DNA of 64,000 bases from the NCBI GenBank assembly GCA_014238535.1, contig JABAAW010000001.1:911-64910 (forward strand). Direction: 5' to 3'. The notes under the pieces were generated by a model, which was not told the origin of the DNA, ran no database searches, and was given only the letters and a program-made list of their open reading frames with translations. Numbering within the stretch: the stretch's first letter is position 1; the number at the start of each line of letters is the position of its first letter. This stretch comes from Alphaproteobacteria bacterium. Lineage in GTDB: Bacteria > Pseudomonadota > Alphaproteobacteria > JABAAW01. Below are positions 11,492 through 21,970 of the stretch, in pieces. The translations under genes and the position numbers were made by a program.

Positions 11492-12220
11492 TTATAGTAG
11501 TCCGCGTGATTTGAAGCTCGTATGCCCTTCGCGCGAGACGATTATGTGATCATGTAGGGTCATTCCTAGGTCTTCGGCAATTCGTTTTATCGCGCGTGTT
11601 AGCTCGATATCGTCGATGGAAGGAGTTATGTCTCCGCTAGGATGATTATGCGCTAGCACCATTCCGCTTGCGCCGTAGTTTAGTGCTCTTTTGATTATCT
11701 CTCTTGGATATACGGCAGTCGTATCGATAGTGCCTTGCTGAATAATTTCATCTTTAATTATACGGTTTCTCTTATCTAGGAATAGAACTCGAAATTGCTC
11801 TACTTGCATTCGCGCAGACCTAGCACGGCAAAGGTTTACTATCTGCTGCCACGACGAGACGACATCGGTTTGCACTTCTTCTGCGAGTAACCTCTCGGCT
11901 GCAGCTGTAATGAGTTTTATGATGGTTAGCGAGCTTTCTGCTATTCCCTCAACATTTTCCAGTTCTTGCTGTTCTGCGCTCACGACGTCTGCGAAGCTAC
12001 CGAACCTTGTTATTAATCTTTTAGCGAGAGGTTTTAGATTTTGCCTCGGCACGGCGAAAGTAAGCATCAACTCCAGTAGTTCGTAGTCGTGCATATTTTC
12101 GCCGCAGTCGCGTAAGAATCTTTGGCGCAGGCGTTTTCTGTGCCCTGCGCTGTCTAGCATCGAGGTGGAGTTTTTCTCCGCTGTAGATTTTTTAGCGACT
12201 GCCTCGTTCTTCGTTGCCAT
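11492..12220 (-). CDS. radC: RadC/JAB-domain protein
   Basis: GHRKRLRQRF, DYELLEL, VYPREI, HNHPSGD, LHDHII; start moved to ATG 12220 to avoid overlap with map. Confidence 0.92.
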   Translation of the reverse strand: MATKNEAVAKKSTAEKNSTSMLDSAGHRKRLRQRFLRDCGENMHDYELLELMLTFAVPRQNLKPLAKRLITRFGSFADVVSAEQQELENVEGIAESSLTIIKLITAAAERLLAEEVQTDVVSSWQQIVNLCRARSARMQVEQFRVLFLDKRNRIIKDEIIQQGTIDTTAVYPREIIKRALNYGASGMVLAHNHPSGDITPSIDDIELTRAIKRIAEDLGMTLHDHIIVSREGHTSFKSRGLL

Positions 12221-12230
12221 AGGCTTTTCG

Positions 12231-13028
12231 CTATTGTTGCGTGTATGGAGGGTGGTGCCAGCCCTTTGGCGAGGATGTAAATATTTCTGCACCTTGCTCG
12301 CCGATTCCAATAGTATGTTCGAATTGCGCCGATAATTTTCTATCACGAGTAACGGCTGTCCATCCGTCTTGTAATATTTTTACTTCTGCCCGCCCGTTGT
12401 TTATCATCGGCTCGATTGTGAATATCATTCCTTTTTGTACAGGCAAGCCTTCACCTTTTTTGCCGTAGTGTAGGACGTTTGGAGGTTCGTGGAACTTCCG
12501 CCCTATACCGTGTCCGCAGAAGTCTCGCACGACGCTCGTATGTTGAGTTTCGGCTTTGTTTTGTATAGCAGCCCCGATATCCCCGAGTGTATTTCCTGGT
12601 CGTGCTGCGTCTATCCCCGCCATCAGAGATTCGTAAGTTATCTTTGTCAAGCGCTGTGCGGCGATGGGTATTTTTTTTCCGACCCAAAACATTCTGCTTG
12701 CGTCTCCGTGCCAGCCATTGAGTATTACAGTAATATCGATGTTAGCGATGTCGCCCTCGTGTAGCACTTTTGTTTCACTTGGTATCCCGTGGCATACGAT
12801 ATGGTTTACGCTGATGCAGGTTGCTTTGGGGAAGCCGCGGTAGTTTAGCGGAGCAGGGATAGCGTTATGGCTTCGTATAAAGCTTTCGCATAGCTTATCG
12901 AGTTGCGCGGTATTGCAGCCGTGCATGACTTTTGGCGTTATGAAGTCGAGTGTTCGCGCTGCTAGGTTTCCTGCACGGCGCATAGCGGCGAAGTCTTCTT
13001 TGTTATAAATATTTACGTGCAGACGCAT
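12231..13028 (-). CDS. map: Methionine aminopeptidase type I
   Basis: CHGIP, NIDITV...HGDASR, GHGIG..FHE, FTIEPM, AQFEHT. Confidence 0.97.
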   Translation of the reverse strand: MRLHVNIYNKEDFAAMRRAGNLAARTLDFITPKVMHGCNTAQLDKLCESFIRSHNAIPAPLNYRGFPKATCISVNHIVCHGIPSETKVLHEGDIANIDITVILNGWHGDASRMFWVGKKIPIAAQRLTKITYESLMAGIDAARPGNTLGDIGAAIQNKAETQHTSVVRDFCGHGIGRKFHEPPNVLHYGKKGEGLPVQKGMIFTIEPMINNGRAEVKILQDGWTAVTRDRKLSAQFEHTIGIGEQGAEIFTSSPKGWHHPPYTQQ

Positions 13029-13105
13029 GGATTTATGCGAGTTTTCTATATGTAAAGTGTTGAAGAAGGCATATTTTGCGAGGAATATCGGAGGAATATC
13101 GATTG

Positions 13106-13624
13106 TTATTCGCTTTTTTCATGCCAATCGGTTGCTCGTTGCAAGTCTTGTTCCGCGGTTGTCAGCCATTTTTTTTGCCCTGATGCTGCCATCTCGCATT
13201 TCCAAAAAGGAGGGCGTACTTTAACCATGTCGGTCATGTATCGGCAAGCCTCGAATGCGTTGTTTCGTTTTTTACTTAGGCTTGCGACTAGCACGATCGT
13301 CTCTCCGACGGGTATTTCTCCTACGCGATGTTGTATTGTTGCATCGATTAGCGCCCATCGTTTGTGCGCTTCGGCGATGATTTCTTGCATACAAAGTATA
13401 GCCATTGCGGGGTAGCAGTCTAGATGCAAAGACACTAGAGATACGGGCTCGTTGTTTTGTTTTTCACTACCATCACCCTGCTGTCTGCTTTCGCTGTTGC
13501 TTCTTGCGATTCCGCAAAAACTTGCGAGCGCGCCGTGTTGCGAGTTATTTGCGTTATGCCTATTTGCAAATGAACGCAGAGCCTCGTATGGGCAGAAATT
13601 ACTTTTGTGCAGTAGCGCGGTCAC
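13106..13624 (-). CDS. moaE: Molybdopterin synthase catalytic subunit
   Basis: GALASFCGIAR, HRVGEIPVGETIV, PFWKCE; follows moaD. Confidence 0.88.
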   Translation of the reverse strand: MTALLHKSNFCPYEALRSFANRHNANNSQHGALASFCGIARSNSESRQQGDGSEKQNNEPVSLVSLHLDCYPAMAILCMQEIIAEAHKRWALIDATIQHRVGEIPVGETIVLVASLSKKRNNAFEACRYMTDMVKVRPPFWKCEMAASGQKKWLTTAEQDLQRATDWHEKSE

Positions 13625-13631
13625 GCTTGCA

Positions 13632-13895
13632 TCACCCCCCTGTTATGGGGGGGAAGAAGGCTACTTCGTCTTGTGGAGTGAGTGGGTTTTCGTGCTCGAC
13701 GATTTTTTTGTTGATGGCGACTTTCACGAGGCTAAGTTCGGCGAAGGTTTCTTCGTAAGCTTTGCCTTGTTTCCGTAAGAGATAGATCAGTTTATCGATG
13801 GTATCGACGCTACTATCCACTTCTATTTCTTCTTCTCTCTTGCCGATTTTTTCGGCAAACCATGCGAAATACAGAATTTTCATCATAACCCTCAT
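13632..13895 (-). CDS. moaD: Molybdopterin synthase sulfur carrier subunit
   Basis: KILYFAW, DEVAFFPPITGG C-terminus; exact start uncertain. Confidence 0.93.
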   Translation of the reverse strand: MRVMMKILYFAWFAEKIGKREEEIEVDSSVDTIDKLIYLLRKQGKAYEETFAELSLVKVAINKKIVEHENPLTPQDEVAFFPPITGG

Positions 13896-13967
13896 TACGC
13901 TACACTGTCTTTGGTTACTGCCTTTACTGCCTTTGCCTTTATGCGATTAGATTATCGCAGCTGGTGT

Positions 13968-15299
13968 TTATCGGCTAGGAATTATTTCGCGCATGGGTAG
14001 GAAATCTACGGTCTGCCCGACGTCGTATTGTGTTATTGCTGCGTCCAGTTGGGCGAATCCGTCGGCATCCATGACTGAGCTCAGCACTCCTGCGCCACTT
14101 TTGCCATTTTTTTTTAGGATAGGCAAGTCGAATTTATTTTCAGCCTTGTGTTTTGTCGTTACTATTTTAACGCGAATGAACTCTACCCTGCCTTTTTTTT
14201 TGACTCCCTTGAAGTTCAACCTTGCAGGGAATCTTTTAGGAGTTTCGGGGTTTTGTCCGCTTAGGCGGCGCAACAAGGGTTGGACTATAAGAGCGAAGGT
14301 AAGAAAGCTAGCGACCGGGTTGCCTGGCAAGCCTGCGAAGGGTAGGTTTTTTATACGCCCGATGCCGATGGGTCTTCCTGGTTTTGTTGCGACTCGCCAG
14401 AAGTCAAATTTTCCTTCGCTTTTGCAATAGTTAGCGATGCAGTCGAGACGGCTTTTGGACATGCCTCCGCTTGTGATGATGATATCGTAGCGGTGTTTTC
14501 TATCTAAGTTTTTGTCGTTATTTTCATCCTTGCTTGCCATGAGGATAGGTGCGAAAGCTTTGTCGATGCTTTCGTGATTGTCGTCGAGTATCCCGCCATC
14601 GAAGACTAGGCATCCTAGTTCGAGTAGCCATTGTTGTAGCATCGTTGCGTTGCTGTCGAAGATTTGAGCGTCTTTGATTTTTTGGTTGTTTCGTATAATC
14701 TCTGCGCCGCTAGAGAACAAAGCTACGCGCAATTGATTGAAGACTTTTATTTTTTTGATACCGAGCGATGCGAGAATTGCGCAATCGATGATGTTAAGTC
14801 GTTTCCCTTTGTTCATCAGGCGAGTATTTTTTTTAATATCGTCGCCTATTTGGCGACTATTTGCGCCTTTGCTCAAACCGAAAGGAACGGTTACGCAACT
14901 ATTTTTTATTACGGCGTCTTCTTCCATCACGACTGTATCTGCCCCACGCGGCATAGGTGCCCCAGTATATATCGGACAAGCTTGCCCAAGTGCGAGGTTT
15001 TTTGTAGATACCTGCCCGGTTATAATTTCCTCTGCAAGCGTTAATTTTGTCGCGCCATTTCTTTTCAGGCTCTTGAAAGCAAAGGCGAAACCGTCTACAG
15101 CAGAGTTTGCAAAATTCGGCACATTGCTAGCTGCTTGAATATCCTCTGCTATAATTCGTCCGCAACCTTGTGCGAGCGGTACCATTTCATTTCGTTTCTC
15201 GTGGTTCTTTGGCAAGGGAAAGCGCTTGATACGCGCAAGTGCGTGCGCGAGCGAGATCAAATTTCCATCAGGGTGATTGTTTTGATCTTTAATCTGCAT
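13968..15299 (-). CDS. moeA: Molybdopterin molybdotransferase
   Basis: NSAVDGFA, IYTGAPMPRGADTVVMEE, KPGRP, GLPGNPVAS. Confidence 0.95.
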   Translation of the reverse strand: MQIKDQNNHPDGNLISLAHALARIKRFPLPKNHEKRNEMVPLAQGCGRIIAEDIQAASNVPNFANSAVDGFAFAFKSLKRNGATKLTLAEEIITGQVSTKNLALGQACPIYTGAPMPRGADTVVMEEDAVIKNSCVTVPFGLSKGANSRQIGDDIKKNTRLMNKGKRLNIIDCAILASLGIKKIKVFNQLRVALFSSGAEIIRNNQKIKDAQIFDSNATMLQQWLLELGCLVFDGGILDDNHESIDKAFAPILMASKDENNDKNLDRKHRYDIIITSGGMSKSRLDCIANYCKSEGKFDFWRVATKPGRPIGIGRIKNLPFAGLPGNPVASFLTFALIVQPLLRRLSGQNPETPKRFPARLNFKGVKKKGRVEFIRVKIVTTKHKAENKFDLPILKKNGKSGAGVLSSVMDADGFAQLDAAITQYDVGQTVDFLPMREIIPSR

Positions 15300-15304
15300 A
15301 CTGC

Positions 15305-15853
15305 TTATGTTTCTTGAGAATGGGGCAAGCTAGTTTTACCTTTTGTTGGATAGGTAAAGAATGATTTGTCGAGTATAAAATCGGTAATTTCCACAATATT
15401 ATCAGCATCGAATGTTGGAATGGATACCCGTTCCGCTATGGCTGTATCGCTGATGATGGCTTTTATACGCGAGTCGTTGGGTGCCAGTAAGCTTTTTTGC
15501 AGGGATGTTCGATAAATTTCCAGCTTGTCGATAGGAAGTTTTTTGAAGCCCTCGACCAACAGCACATCGACCTTCTCGATTTTCGCGACAAGCGAGAATA
15601 ACGACAATGGATGCTCATCGCTACCATGCTCGTGCATCAACGCCCAACGCTTATCTGATGCGATGACGACTTCTTTCGCGCCCGCCAGCCGATGTCGGTA
15701 GGAATCTTTTTTTGGATGGTCTATATCGAAGCTATGGTGGGCATGCTTTATCGTTGATACGCTTAAGCCACGCGCCGAGATGTTTTTGATTAGCGCGCAG
15801 GCTAATCGAGTCTTACCGCTGTCGCTCCAGCCTGCAAGACCTACGAGCTTCAT
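15305..15853 (-). CDS. mobB: Molybdopterin-guanine dinucleotide biosynthesis protein B
   Basis: GWSDSGKT, VSTIKHAHHSFDID, KDSYRHR, LVEGFK. Confidence 0.93.
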   Translation of the reverse strand: MKLVGLAGWSDSGKTRLACALIKNISARGLSVSTIKHAHHSFDIDHPKKDSYRHRLAGAKEVVIASDKRWALMHEHGSDEHPLSLFSLVAKIEKVDVLLVEGFKKLPIDKLEIYRTSLQKSLLAPNDSRIKAIISDTAIAERVSIPTFDADNIVEITDFILDKSFFTYPTKGKTSLPHSQET

Positions 15854-16551
15854 AAGCTTTTATTGTTACTTTTTTGCAAGGTGGAGAATGCGGTTGTCGT
15901 GTACAGCCAGCCTGTATAAATTGTAACGACACACGCGGTTAGCAGAACTGCATCTGCGAGTAGCGAAAACCATAGCAGTCGTTGTCCGTCTAGAGCTGCG
16001 ACCGATAGGCTTTGTCCCCCTACTCCTAGCATCTGTAAAACCGTCTTGTATTTTGCAAGCCTTGTGACTGGTAAAGAACCGTGCGCTTTTTGTGCTAGGA
16101 ATTCTCGTAGGCCAGAGATGATTATCTCGCGAGTTATGATCAGGCTAGCGCATATAAAAGCTGCTGCGGACATCCCATTGCCTAATCGTTGTGGCACTAT
16201 GCCATCATCGATTCCATTGCGCGCTAGGACAGCAAGGAATAGAGCGAAGACGAGTATTTTATCGAGTATCGGGTCGAAGGCTTGTCCGAACAATGAAATA
16301 GCATCCCATCGCCTTGCGAGGTAACCATCCAGATGGTCTCCAACGCAAGCGATGAAGAACAGAAACCAGCCACAGAACGCTTGTATAGGTGAGCCTAGCA
16401 CTAGAATTATTATTGGGAAGACTAGCATCCCCCGCGCGAGCGTTATCATATTTGGCGTGCGTTTTTTCCATAGCTTAACCTTTGAGCCAGTATTGGGCTT
16501 AGCCTTGGGTTTGTTTTTGTATTTATGCGAGGTTTTTTTAGAGGAAGCCAT
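15850..16551 (-). CDS. pgsA: CDP-diacylglycerol--glycerol-3-phosphate 3-phosphatidyltransferase
   Basis: PNMITLAR, DHLDGYLAR...GQAFDPILDK, REIIISGLRE, AKYKT. Confidence 0.92.
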   Translation of the reverse strand: MASSKKTSHKYKNKPKAKPNTGSKVKLWKKRTPNMITLARGMLVFPIIILVLGSPIQAFCGWFLFFIACVGDHLDGYLARRWDAISLFGQAFDPILDKILVFALFLAVLARNGIDDGIVPQRLGNGMSAAAFICASLIITREIIISGLREFLAQKAHGSLPVTRLAKYKTVLQMLGVGGQSLSVAALDGQRLLWFSLLADAVLLTACVVTIYTGWLYTTTAFSTLQKSNNKSL

Positions 16552-16594
16552 GTAGCTATTGTAACAAAATTTTTTTCTCTAAAGAAGTTTTTGT

Positions 16595-17239
16595 TTATGT
16601 CCTCGTTTGTGTTCTAGTTTCATAATCTTTCACCATACTGATGCGAATAGCGCACCGTCGATCTAGTTTTGGCAACAATGCACGCAACGCATTGGGATGC
16701 ACTGCGATACAACCCTCTGTTGTTGGGTAAGGGCTTTTATTTGTGCGCGCTGCGTGTAGAAAAATCGCGCTACCGCGTTTAGGACGGGCAGGGGCATCGT
16801 TGAAGCCGATGACTAGTAGCAGATCGTATAACCCATCTCTGCGATATAATGTTTCGTGTGATAGTCTGCTAGGTATTGCGAGTGGGCGGTTGTAACGATA
16901 AGGCTGGCGCGCATCATCGCACCAAGCACTGCGGGCGGTAGTCCGTAGTAATGCTATACGAGTGTTGGGGGCAGCTATGGAATGTAGGGACCTATTATAA
17001 TAGCGGTTAGCATTCATTAGTACAGCCCGTAAGGGGAATGTGCCAATTGGAGTAATGCCATCGCCTTCCTTTTTTTTAACGCCGAGCCCTGCTTTTCCGA
17101 ACGAGCAAGGTGCTCGCTGCGCTCCACATAAGAGCAAGCCGTGCGTAGCTCCAGACTTTGCTCGAACCCGCATAGCGATGCGGTAAGATCGGCGCAAAGG
17201 CTTGCAGTCTCGCAAAGGTTGCCCGAAGATGAAGCGCAT
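16595..17239 (-). CDS. L,D-transpeptidase (YkuD) family protein
   Basis: KKEGDGITPIG, WCDD, GSAIFLH...PTTEGCIA catalytic His/Cys motif; start uncertain. Confidence 0.85.
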   Translation of the reverse strand: MRFIFGQPLRDCKPLRRSYRIAMRVRAKSGATHGLLLCGAQRAPCSFGKAGLGVKKKEGDGITPIGTFPLRAVLMNANRYYNRSLHSIAAPNTRIALLRTTARSAWCDDARQPYRYNRPLAIPSRLSHETLYRRDGLYDLLLVIGFNDAPARPKRGSAIFLHAARTNKSPYPTTEGCIAVHPNALRALLPKLDRRCAIRISMVKDYETRTQTRT

Positions 17240-17247
17240 CCGCCCCT

Positions 17248-19659
17248 TTACCCCTCGCGCATTCTGCAGCCTAATGCTTGTAGGGAAGATACAATTTCTT
17301 GTGATAATGCCTGTGCTTCCTCCTCGTTGAGCGCACGCTCGTTAGGCGGTAGCATCTCTACCTCGAATGCGAGTGATCGTTCATCCTTGCTATGGTATTC
17401 GTCGAAGAAGTTCAGCTTGGCGATTCGGTTTCGCGTCCGTCGTAGCACGGAGGTTTTTATGTCTGCTGCACTTATTGTATCAGGAATCCAGAACGCGAAA
17501 TCTCGATATAGCGATTGTTGCTTTTGACGCCGCCACGGCTTTGGGGCAATGCGTTGTTTTGGTGCGGGGAGACGATCTAGGAATGCTTCGAACGCCACGA
17601 CGCGCCCTCGTAAATCGAAGTGTTGGCATAGGTCGGGGTGCAGTTCGCCGAACTGTCCGATCAGCACTTTACCCAATCTGAATATGCCATATCGCAACGG
17701 GTGGTATCCTTCCGGGGCATCTTCATCCTGCACAACCTCAGACTCCAAGCGCGAGCTGTCCAATCCGCAAGCGTCGAACACAGCGCGTAGGTCGGCTTTC
17801 GCATCGAAGGGAGTAGCCTCGCGTGCGGGGTTTTGCCAGTGGCGAGCTTCGATAGGGCTAGTTCTTATCCCGACAGCAACCTGCTCTTGCTGAATTTTCT
17901 GTTCCGTCGCTATAAACTGCGGACCGACTTCAAACAACGCGGGCGAATGCCTAGCCGCTTGCAGCTTATCTTGCGAGATATTTTGTGCAGCACTTGCAAT
18001 TAAATTCGGCACTAACGAAGGGCGCAAAGAATCGAGGTATGCGCTGATGGGGTTAAGAATGCGTAGCTCTTCCTCGATGTTGAAAAATTTTTGTATGCGT
18101 GAATCTAGAAACGACCAAGTTATAACCTCATCGAGCCCAACTATGGCTAACCTGCGCCGCACTAGTGCATCGCGTTTTTGTTTTGTTGATATCGCACGTC
18201 GCGCGAGCGTCGTCTCGCGACGAAAGGGTGCATAAGGTACAGCATCGTAGCCGTGTACTCGTAAAACTTCTTCGACCAAGCATTCAGCACTCGTTACATC
18301 CTCGCGCCACGAAGGGGTATGGAATGTTGCGTTATCTTTTACGAATCCTAGCGCGTCTAGAATTTGTTCTACGCGTTTTTGTTCGATATCGATCCCGCCT
18401 AATTTTTTAATTTTTGCACTAGGTAGAGCGATTTGCCGCGATGCTTTTGGCATTGCGCCAGCTATAATGATTTCGCTTGCCTCCCCCCCGCACCATTCGA
18501 GTACCAGTGCGCTAGCGATGTCGCAGTAATTTTGTGCTGCCGCGCTATCTAGCCCTCGCTCGAAGCGGAAACGCGCGTCAGAGTTTAAGTTTAACGCTCG
18601 CCCCACCGTTGCGGTAGTGCGTGCGTCGAATAGGGCGCATTCTAGGAACATGTCGTTTGTATCGCTTCCGCATCCGCTTTCCAAGCCGCCAATAATGCCG
18701 GCAATTCCGACTAGTTCGTGCTTATCTGCAATCACGGTTGCGTCTTTTGTGAGGCGATAGGTTTTATTATCTAACGCGAGCAGAGATTCGTCTTTGCATG
18801 CCTTGCGTATGGTTAGCTCGCTACCTTGTAGTTTTTTTGCATCGAATACATGCAAGGGTCGCGCGAGGTCCATTGTCATATAGTTTGTCATGTCGACGAG
18901 CGCGGATATAGATTTTATACCGATTGCTTTTAGTCGTGCGCGCACATGCTGTGGTGCCTGCTTGTTTTTCAGGTTGCGGAAGTAGCGTCCGCATACGAAT
19001 GGGCAATGGTGTTTTTGCTCGTTTGGCAAATCTATGCGCCAAGCGATTGGCGATACGAAAGACTCTTTTAGATTCGGCTTAGATAGCGGCTTAAGTTTTC
19101 CTATTTCGCTAGCCGCGAGATCGCGTGCTATTCCTCTAACGCCTAGACAATCTGCTCGATTAGGAGTAATGGCGATTGTAAAGACGCTATCTTGCAGGTT
19201 GGCTGCCTGCGCGAAACTATCGCCAAGTCTGCAAGTATCCTCTAGCTCTAAGATGCCTTCGTGATCATCAGATATTCCAAGTTCGTATTCGGATAGTAGC
19301 ATTCCCTGCGAGTCCGCACCTTGTATTTTTGCTGCTTTCAAACGAATTCCTGTTTCTGGTATCACGCTGCCTACGGGAGCGAACACACCTAGAAAATTTT
19401 CACGCACATTATGCGCACCGCATACCACTTGTAGTGGCTCGGCTTTTTCATCAAAACGCACGCGACATAGACTAAGCCGCTCGGCACGCGGATGGGCTTT
19501 GCACTCGATTACTCGCGCAACTCGCAAGCCTGCAAACCTATCTGCTGGATTTTGGTATTCTTCGACTTCAAGCCCGATTGCTGTTAGGCGCTCGCACAGC
19601 TCTTTGTCGCTAGCTGAAAAGTCTAGATGCTCTGATAGCCAGCTACGGGTGAAGCGCAT
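17248..19659 (-). CDS. pheT: Phenylalanine--tRNA ligase beta subunit
   Basis: MRFTRSWLSEH, VVCGAHN, ITPNRADCLGVRGIARD, RFERG, PSWREDV. Confidence 0.97.
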   Translation of the reverse strand: MRFTRSWLSEHLDFSASDKELCERLTAIGLEVEEYQNPADRFAGLRVARVIECKAHPRAERLSLCRVRFDEKAEPLQVVCGAHNVRENFLGVFAPVGSVIPETGIRLKAAKIQGADSQGMLLSEYELGISDDHEGILELEDTCRLGDSFAQAANLQDSVFTIAITPNRADCLGVRGIARDLAASEIGKLKPLSKPNLKESFVSPIAWRIDLPNEQKHHCPFVCGRYFRNLKNKQAPQHVRARLKAIGIKSISALVDMTNYMTMDLARPLHVFDAKKLQGSELTIRKACKDESLLALDNKTYRLTKDATVIADKHELVGIAGIIGGLESGCGSDTNDMFLECALFDARTTATVGRALNLNSDARFRFERGLDSAAAQNYCDIASALVLEWCGGEASEIIIAGAMPKASRQIALPSAKIKKLGGIDIEQKRVEQILDALGFVKDNATFHTPSWREDVTSAECLVEEVLRVHGYDAVPYAPFRRETTLARRAISTKQKRDALVRRRLAIVGLDEVITWSFLDSRIQKFFNIEEELRILNPISAYLDSLRPSLVPNLIASAAQNISQDKLQAARHSPALFEVGPQFIATEQKIQQEQVAVGIRTSPIEARHWQNPAREATPFDAKADLRAVFDACGLDSSRLESEVVQDEDAPEGYHPLRYGIFRLGKVLIGQFGELHPDLCQHFDLRGRVVAFEAFLDRLPAPKQRIAPKPWRRQKQQSLYRDFAFWIPDTISAADIKTSVLRRTRNRIAKLNFFDEYHSKDERSLAFEVEMLPPNERALNEEEAQALSQEIVSSLQALGCRMREG

Positions 19660-19692
19660 TTCTACTACTTACGAATAGTTTAAAAGTTAGAG

Positions 19693-20871
19693 CTATAGAT
19701 TTTGTGGTCGCAAGCCGCGCACTAACGACGGAGCGTCTAGCGGCGAGAACCCATAGTGCTGTAGCCATGCGCTGTTGGAATCGAACATTGTTCGTAAGTC
19801 AGCGATTGAGTATTTTAGCATAGCCAACCTCTCTACGCCCATGCCGAAAGCGAAACCTTGATACTTGTCTGGGTCTAGCTTGCACGCTCGCAGAACATTG
19901 GGGTGGACCATGCCACAGCCGAGTATTTCCATCCACGCGAGGTTTGGCTCATCGAGGCTTTTAAGGATTTCGATTTTTCCATCTTCACGCTTGCACGCGA
20001 TGTCCATCTCCGCGCTAGGTTCTGTGAATGGGAAGTAGCTAGGTCGAAAGCGTACTGGCACACTTTCGTTTTCGAAGAAGGCTCGAACGAAATCGCTGAG
20101 GCATGTTTTCAAATGCCCGAAGTGAGTCTTTTCATCGACCACCAGCCCCTCGACTTGGTGGAACATAGGTGTATGCGTTTGATCGCTATCGCTTCGATAG
20201 CATCGCCCAGGTGCGATTACACGAATCGGTGGTTTGCCATCCAGCATCGTTCGCACTTGTACCGGCGAGGTGTGCGTTCGTAGCAACCAATGCTCTTGTA
20301 CTTGCTCTGCAGAAGTCCCATCTGGCGGTTTTTTCGCCTTTAGGTAGAATGTATCGTGCATTTGCCGTGCGGGATGATTTGGCGGAAAGTTTAGGGCTAC
20401 GAAGTTGTGGAAATCGTCCTCGACGTCGGGTCCTTCGGCGCACGCGAAGCCCATGTCGCCAAAAATAGCTATCACCTCCTCGATAACTTGTCCTATTGGA
20501 TGCAAGACACCGATTTTATGGGGACGCTCTGGCATGGAGGTGTCGATTTTTTCTGCCAGCATTTTTTGCTTCATCGCGTACTTTTCGACTTTTGCACGCG
20601 ATTTTTCAAAATCAAGAAGCATTTTTTGCTTCAGGTGATTTATGACGGCTCCCTGTTCGCTACGCGCGAGTGGTGCGAGTGTGCCAATGTTGTGCAAAGT
20701 CTTCTGCAATGCTGATTTTTTACCGAAGAATTTCGTGCGTATCCTCTCCAACGCAAGGTTTGCGAAAGAAGCATTTTCTGTTTCGCAATCTCGTATCGAT
20801 TGCACCAGCTCTTCGCTAAACGCCCTCTCGATGCGCTCCAGCTCTGCTGCTAAGTTCGCATCCATCGGCAC
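19693..20871 (-). CDS. pheS: Phenylalanine--tRNA ligase alpha subunit
   Basis: HPARQMHDTFY, LRTHTSPVQ, FRPSYFPFTEPS, GFAFGMGVERL. Confidence 0.98.
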   Translation of the reverse strand: MPMDANLAAELERIERAFSEELVQSIRDCETENASFANLALERIRTKFFGKKSALQKTLHNIGTLAPLARSEQGAVINHLKQKMLLDFEKSRAKVEKYAMKQKMLAEKIDTSMPERPHKIGVLHPIGQVIEEVIAIFGDMGFACAEGPDVEDDFHNFVALNFPPNHPARQMHDTFYLKAKKPPDGTSAEQVQEHWLLRTHTSPVQVRTMLDGKPPIRVIAPGRCYRSDSDQTHTPMFHQVEGLVVDEKTHFGHLKTCLSDFVRAFFENESVPVRFRPSYFPFTEPSAEMDIACKREDGKIEILKSLDEPNLAWMEILGCGMVHPNVLRACKLDPDKYQGFAFGMGVERLAMLKYSIADLRTMFDSNSAWLQHYGFSPLDAPSLVRGLRPQNL

Positions 20872-20880
20872 GAATCTCTG

Positions 20881-21252
20881 CTAGGAGTCTTTGAGAGAAT
20901 CCAGCTTACTACGCGCTTTTGTCACTAGTTCTTCGAAACGTTTAGGTTCTTCGATTGCGAGTGTTGACAAGATTTTTCTATTTACGCGTACCCCTAGTAA
21001 TCCCAGCGCATATACGAATTGCGCATAGCGCAATCCACCCATGCGCACAGCGGCGTTCAGGCGTTGTATCCACAATCGACGAAAATCGCGCTTACGTCTG
21101 CGACGATCACGATACCTATACTGCTCTGCTCGCTCAACGGCTTGCCGCGCTACACGGATCGTATTTTTACGCCTGCCGAAATAGCCTTTTGCACGTTTTA
21201 GTATACGTTTGTGGCTTGCTTTCTTTGTTGTTCCGCGTTTGACCCTAGGCAT
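20881..21252 (-). CDS. rplT: 50S ribosomal protein L20
   Basis: [37 protein letters not shown]. Confidence 0.97.
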   Translation of the reverse strand: MPRVKRGTTKKASHKRILKRAKGYFGRRKNTIRVARQAVERAEQYRYRDRRRRKRDFRRLWIQRLNAAVRMGGLRYAQFVYALGLLGVRVNRKILSTLAIEEPKRFEELVTKARSKLDSLKDS

Positions 21253-21270
21253 TCGCTATCTGCGCCTCCA

Positions 21271-21471
21271 TCAGCGCATTGGTAAAAAATTTCGCAACAC
21301 GATCTTTGCATCGCTGCTCGTTAAAATCTGGCTACCGCGATTCGTGCGCTTCATATCTTGCGGTCTTTTCGAGGTATTATGGCGCAAGTATGCGCTGTTG
21401 AAACGAACCTTGCCCGTTGCACTCAGGCGGAAGCGTTTTTTTGCGGCACTTTTGTTTTTTAACTTCGGCAT
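21271..21471 (-). CDS. rpmI: 50S ribosomal protein L35
   Basis: MPKLKNKSAAKKRFRLSATGKV; start at ATG 21471. Confidence 0.96.
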   Translation of the reverse strand: MPKLKNKSAAKKRFRLSATGKVRFNSAYLRHNTSKRPQDMKRTNRGSQILTSSDAKIVLRNFLPMR

Positions 21472-21601
21472 GCTATCGATAATAATTTTATGCAGAACAC
21501 GAGGCAACGCACTTTGCAATAAGTAATTTATAAACTAATTTATAGGCGAGGCTTGCCTGCTTCGCAAGTTATTTTACAAGATTCGTTAGTAGCTGGTCTA
21601 G

Positions 21602-21970
21602 CTAGAAAGCGTTTTTGATATGCTCTATGGCGAATGGCGCGATAATTACAGCATCAAAGCGTAAACTATCGATGTTGAGCCAAATAGCGTGTTGCTGGAA
21701 CAGGGCTTCGCCGGCGCGTTGTAGACGTTGTTGCTGTCGCCTAGTTATCGCGTATGCGGCTGTTACTAGGTCTCGGCGCCACTTTACCTCTACGACGACA
21801 AGGGTTTTTCCTTTTTGAGCGAGTAAGTCTACTTCGCCAAGTGGCGAGCGCAAACGCCTGTATAGTATGCGATAGCCTTTGCACAGCAACAGAAGCGCGG
21901 CGATATTTTCACCTAGCTGCCCTTTGCGTGCGCGTTGTGTGCGTTCATTTTTATGCTTGTGTATCTGCAT
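21602..21970 (-). CDS. yraN: YraN (UPF0102) family protein
   Basis: GEVDLLA, VVVEVKWR, LRFDAV, EHIKNAF; downstream of rsmI. Confidence 0.9.
   Translation of the reverse strand: MQIHKHKNERTQRARKGQLGENIAALLLLCKGYRILYRRLRSPLGEVDLLAQKGKTLVVVEVKWRRDLVTAAYAITRRQQQRLQRAGEALFQQHAIWLNIDSLRFDAVIIAPFAIEHIKNAF

Noticed and set aside
12231..12346. Long radC/map overlap, and similarly dut/coaBC and asparaginase/dut overlaps in the ORF track
   Set aside because: Artefacts of longest-ORF start choice; downstream ATGs (12220, 27142, 26631) remove the overlaps.
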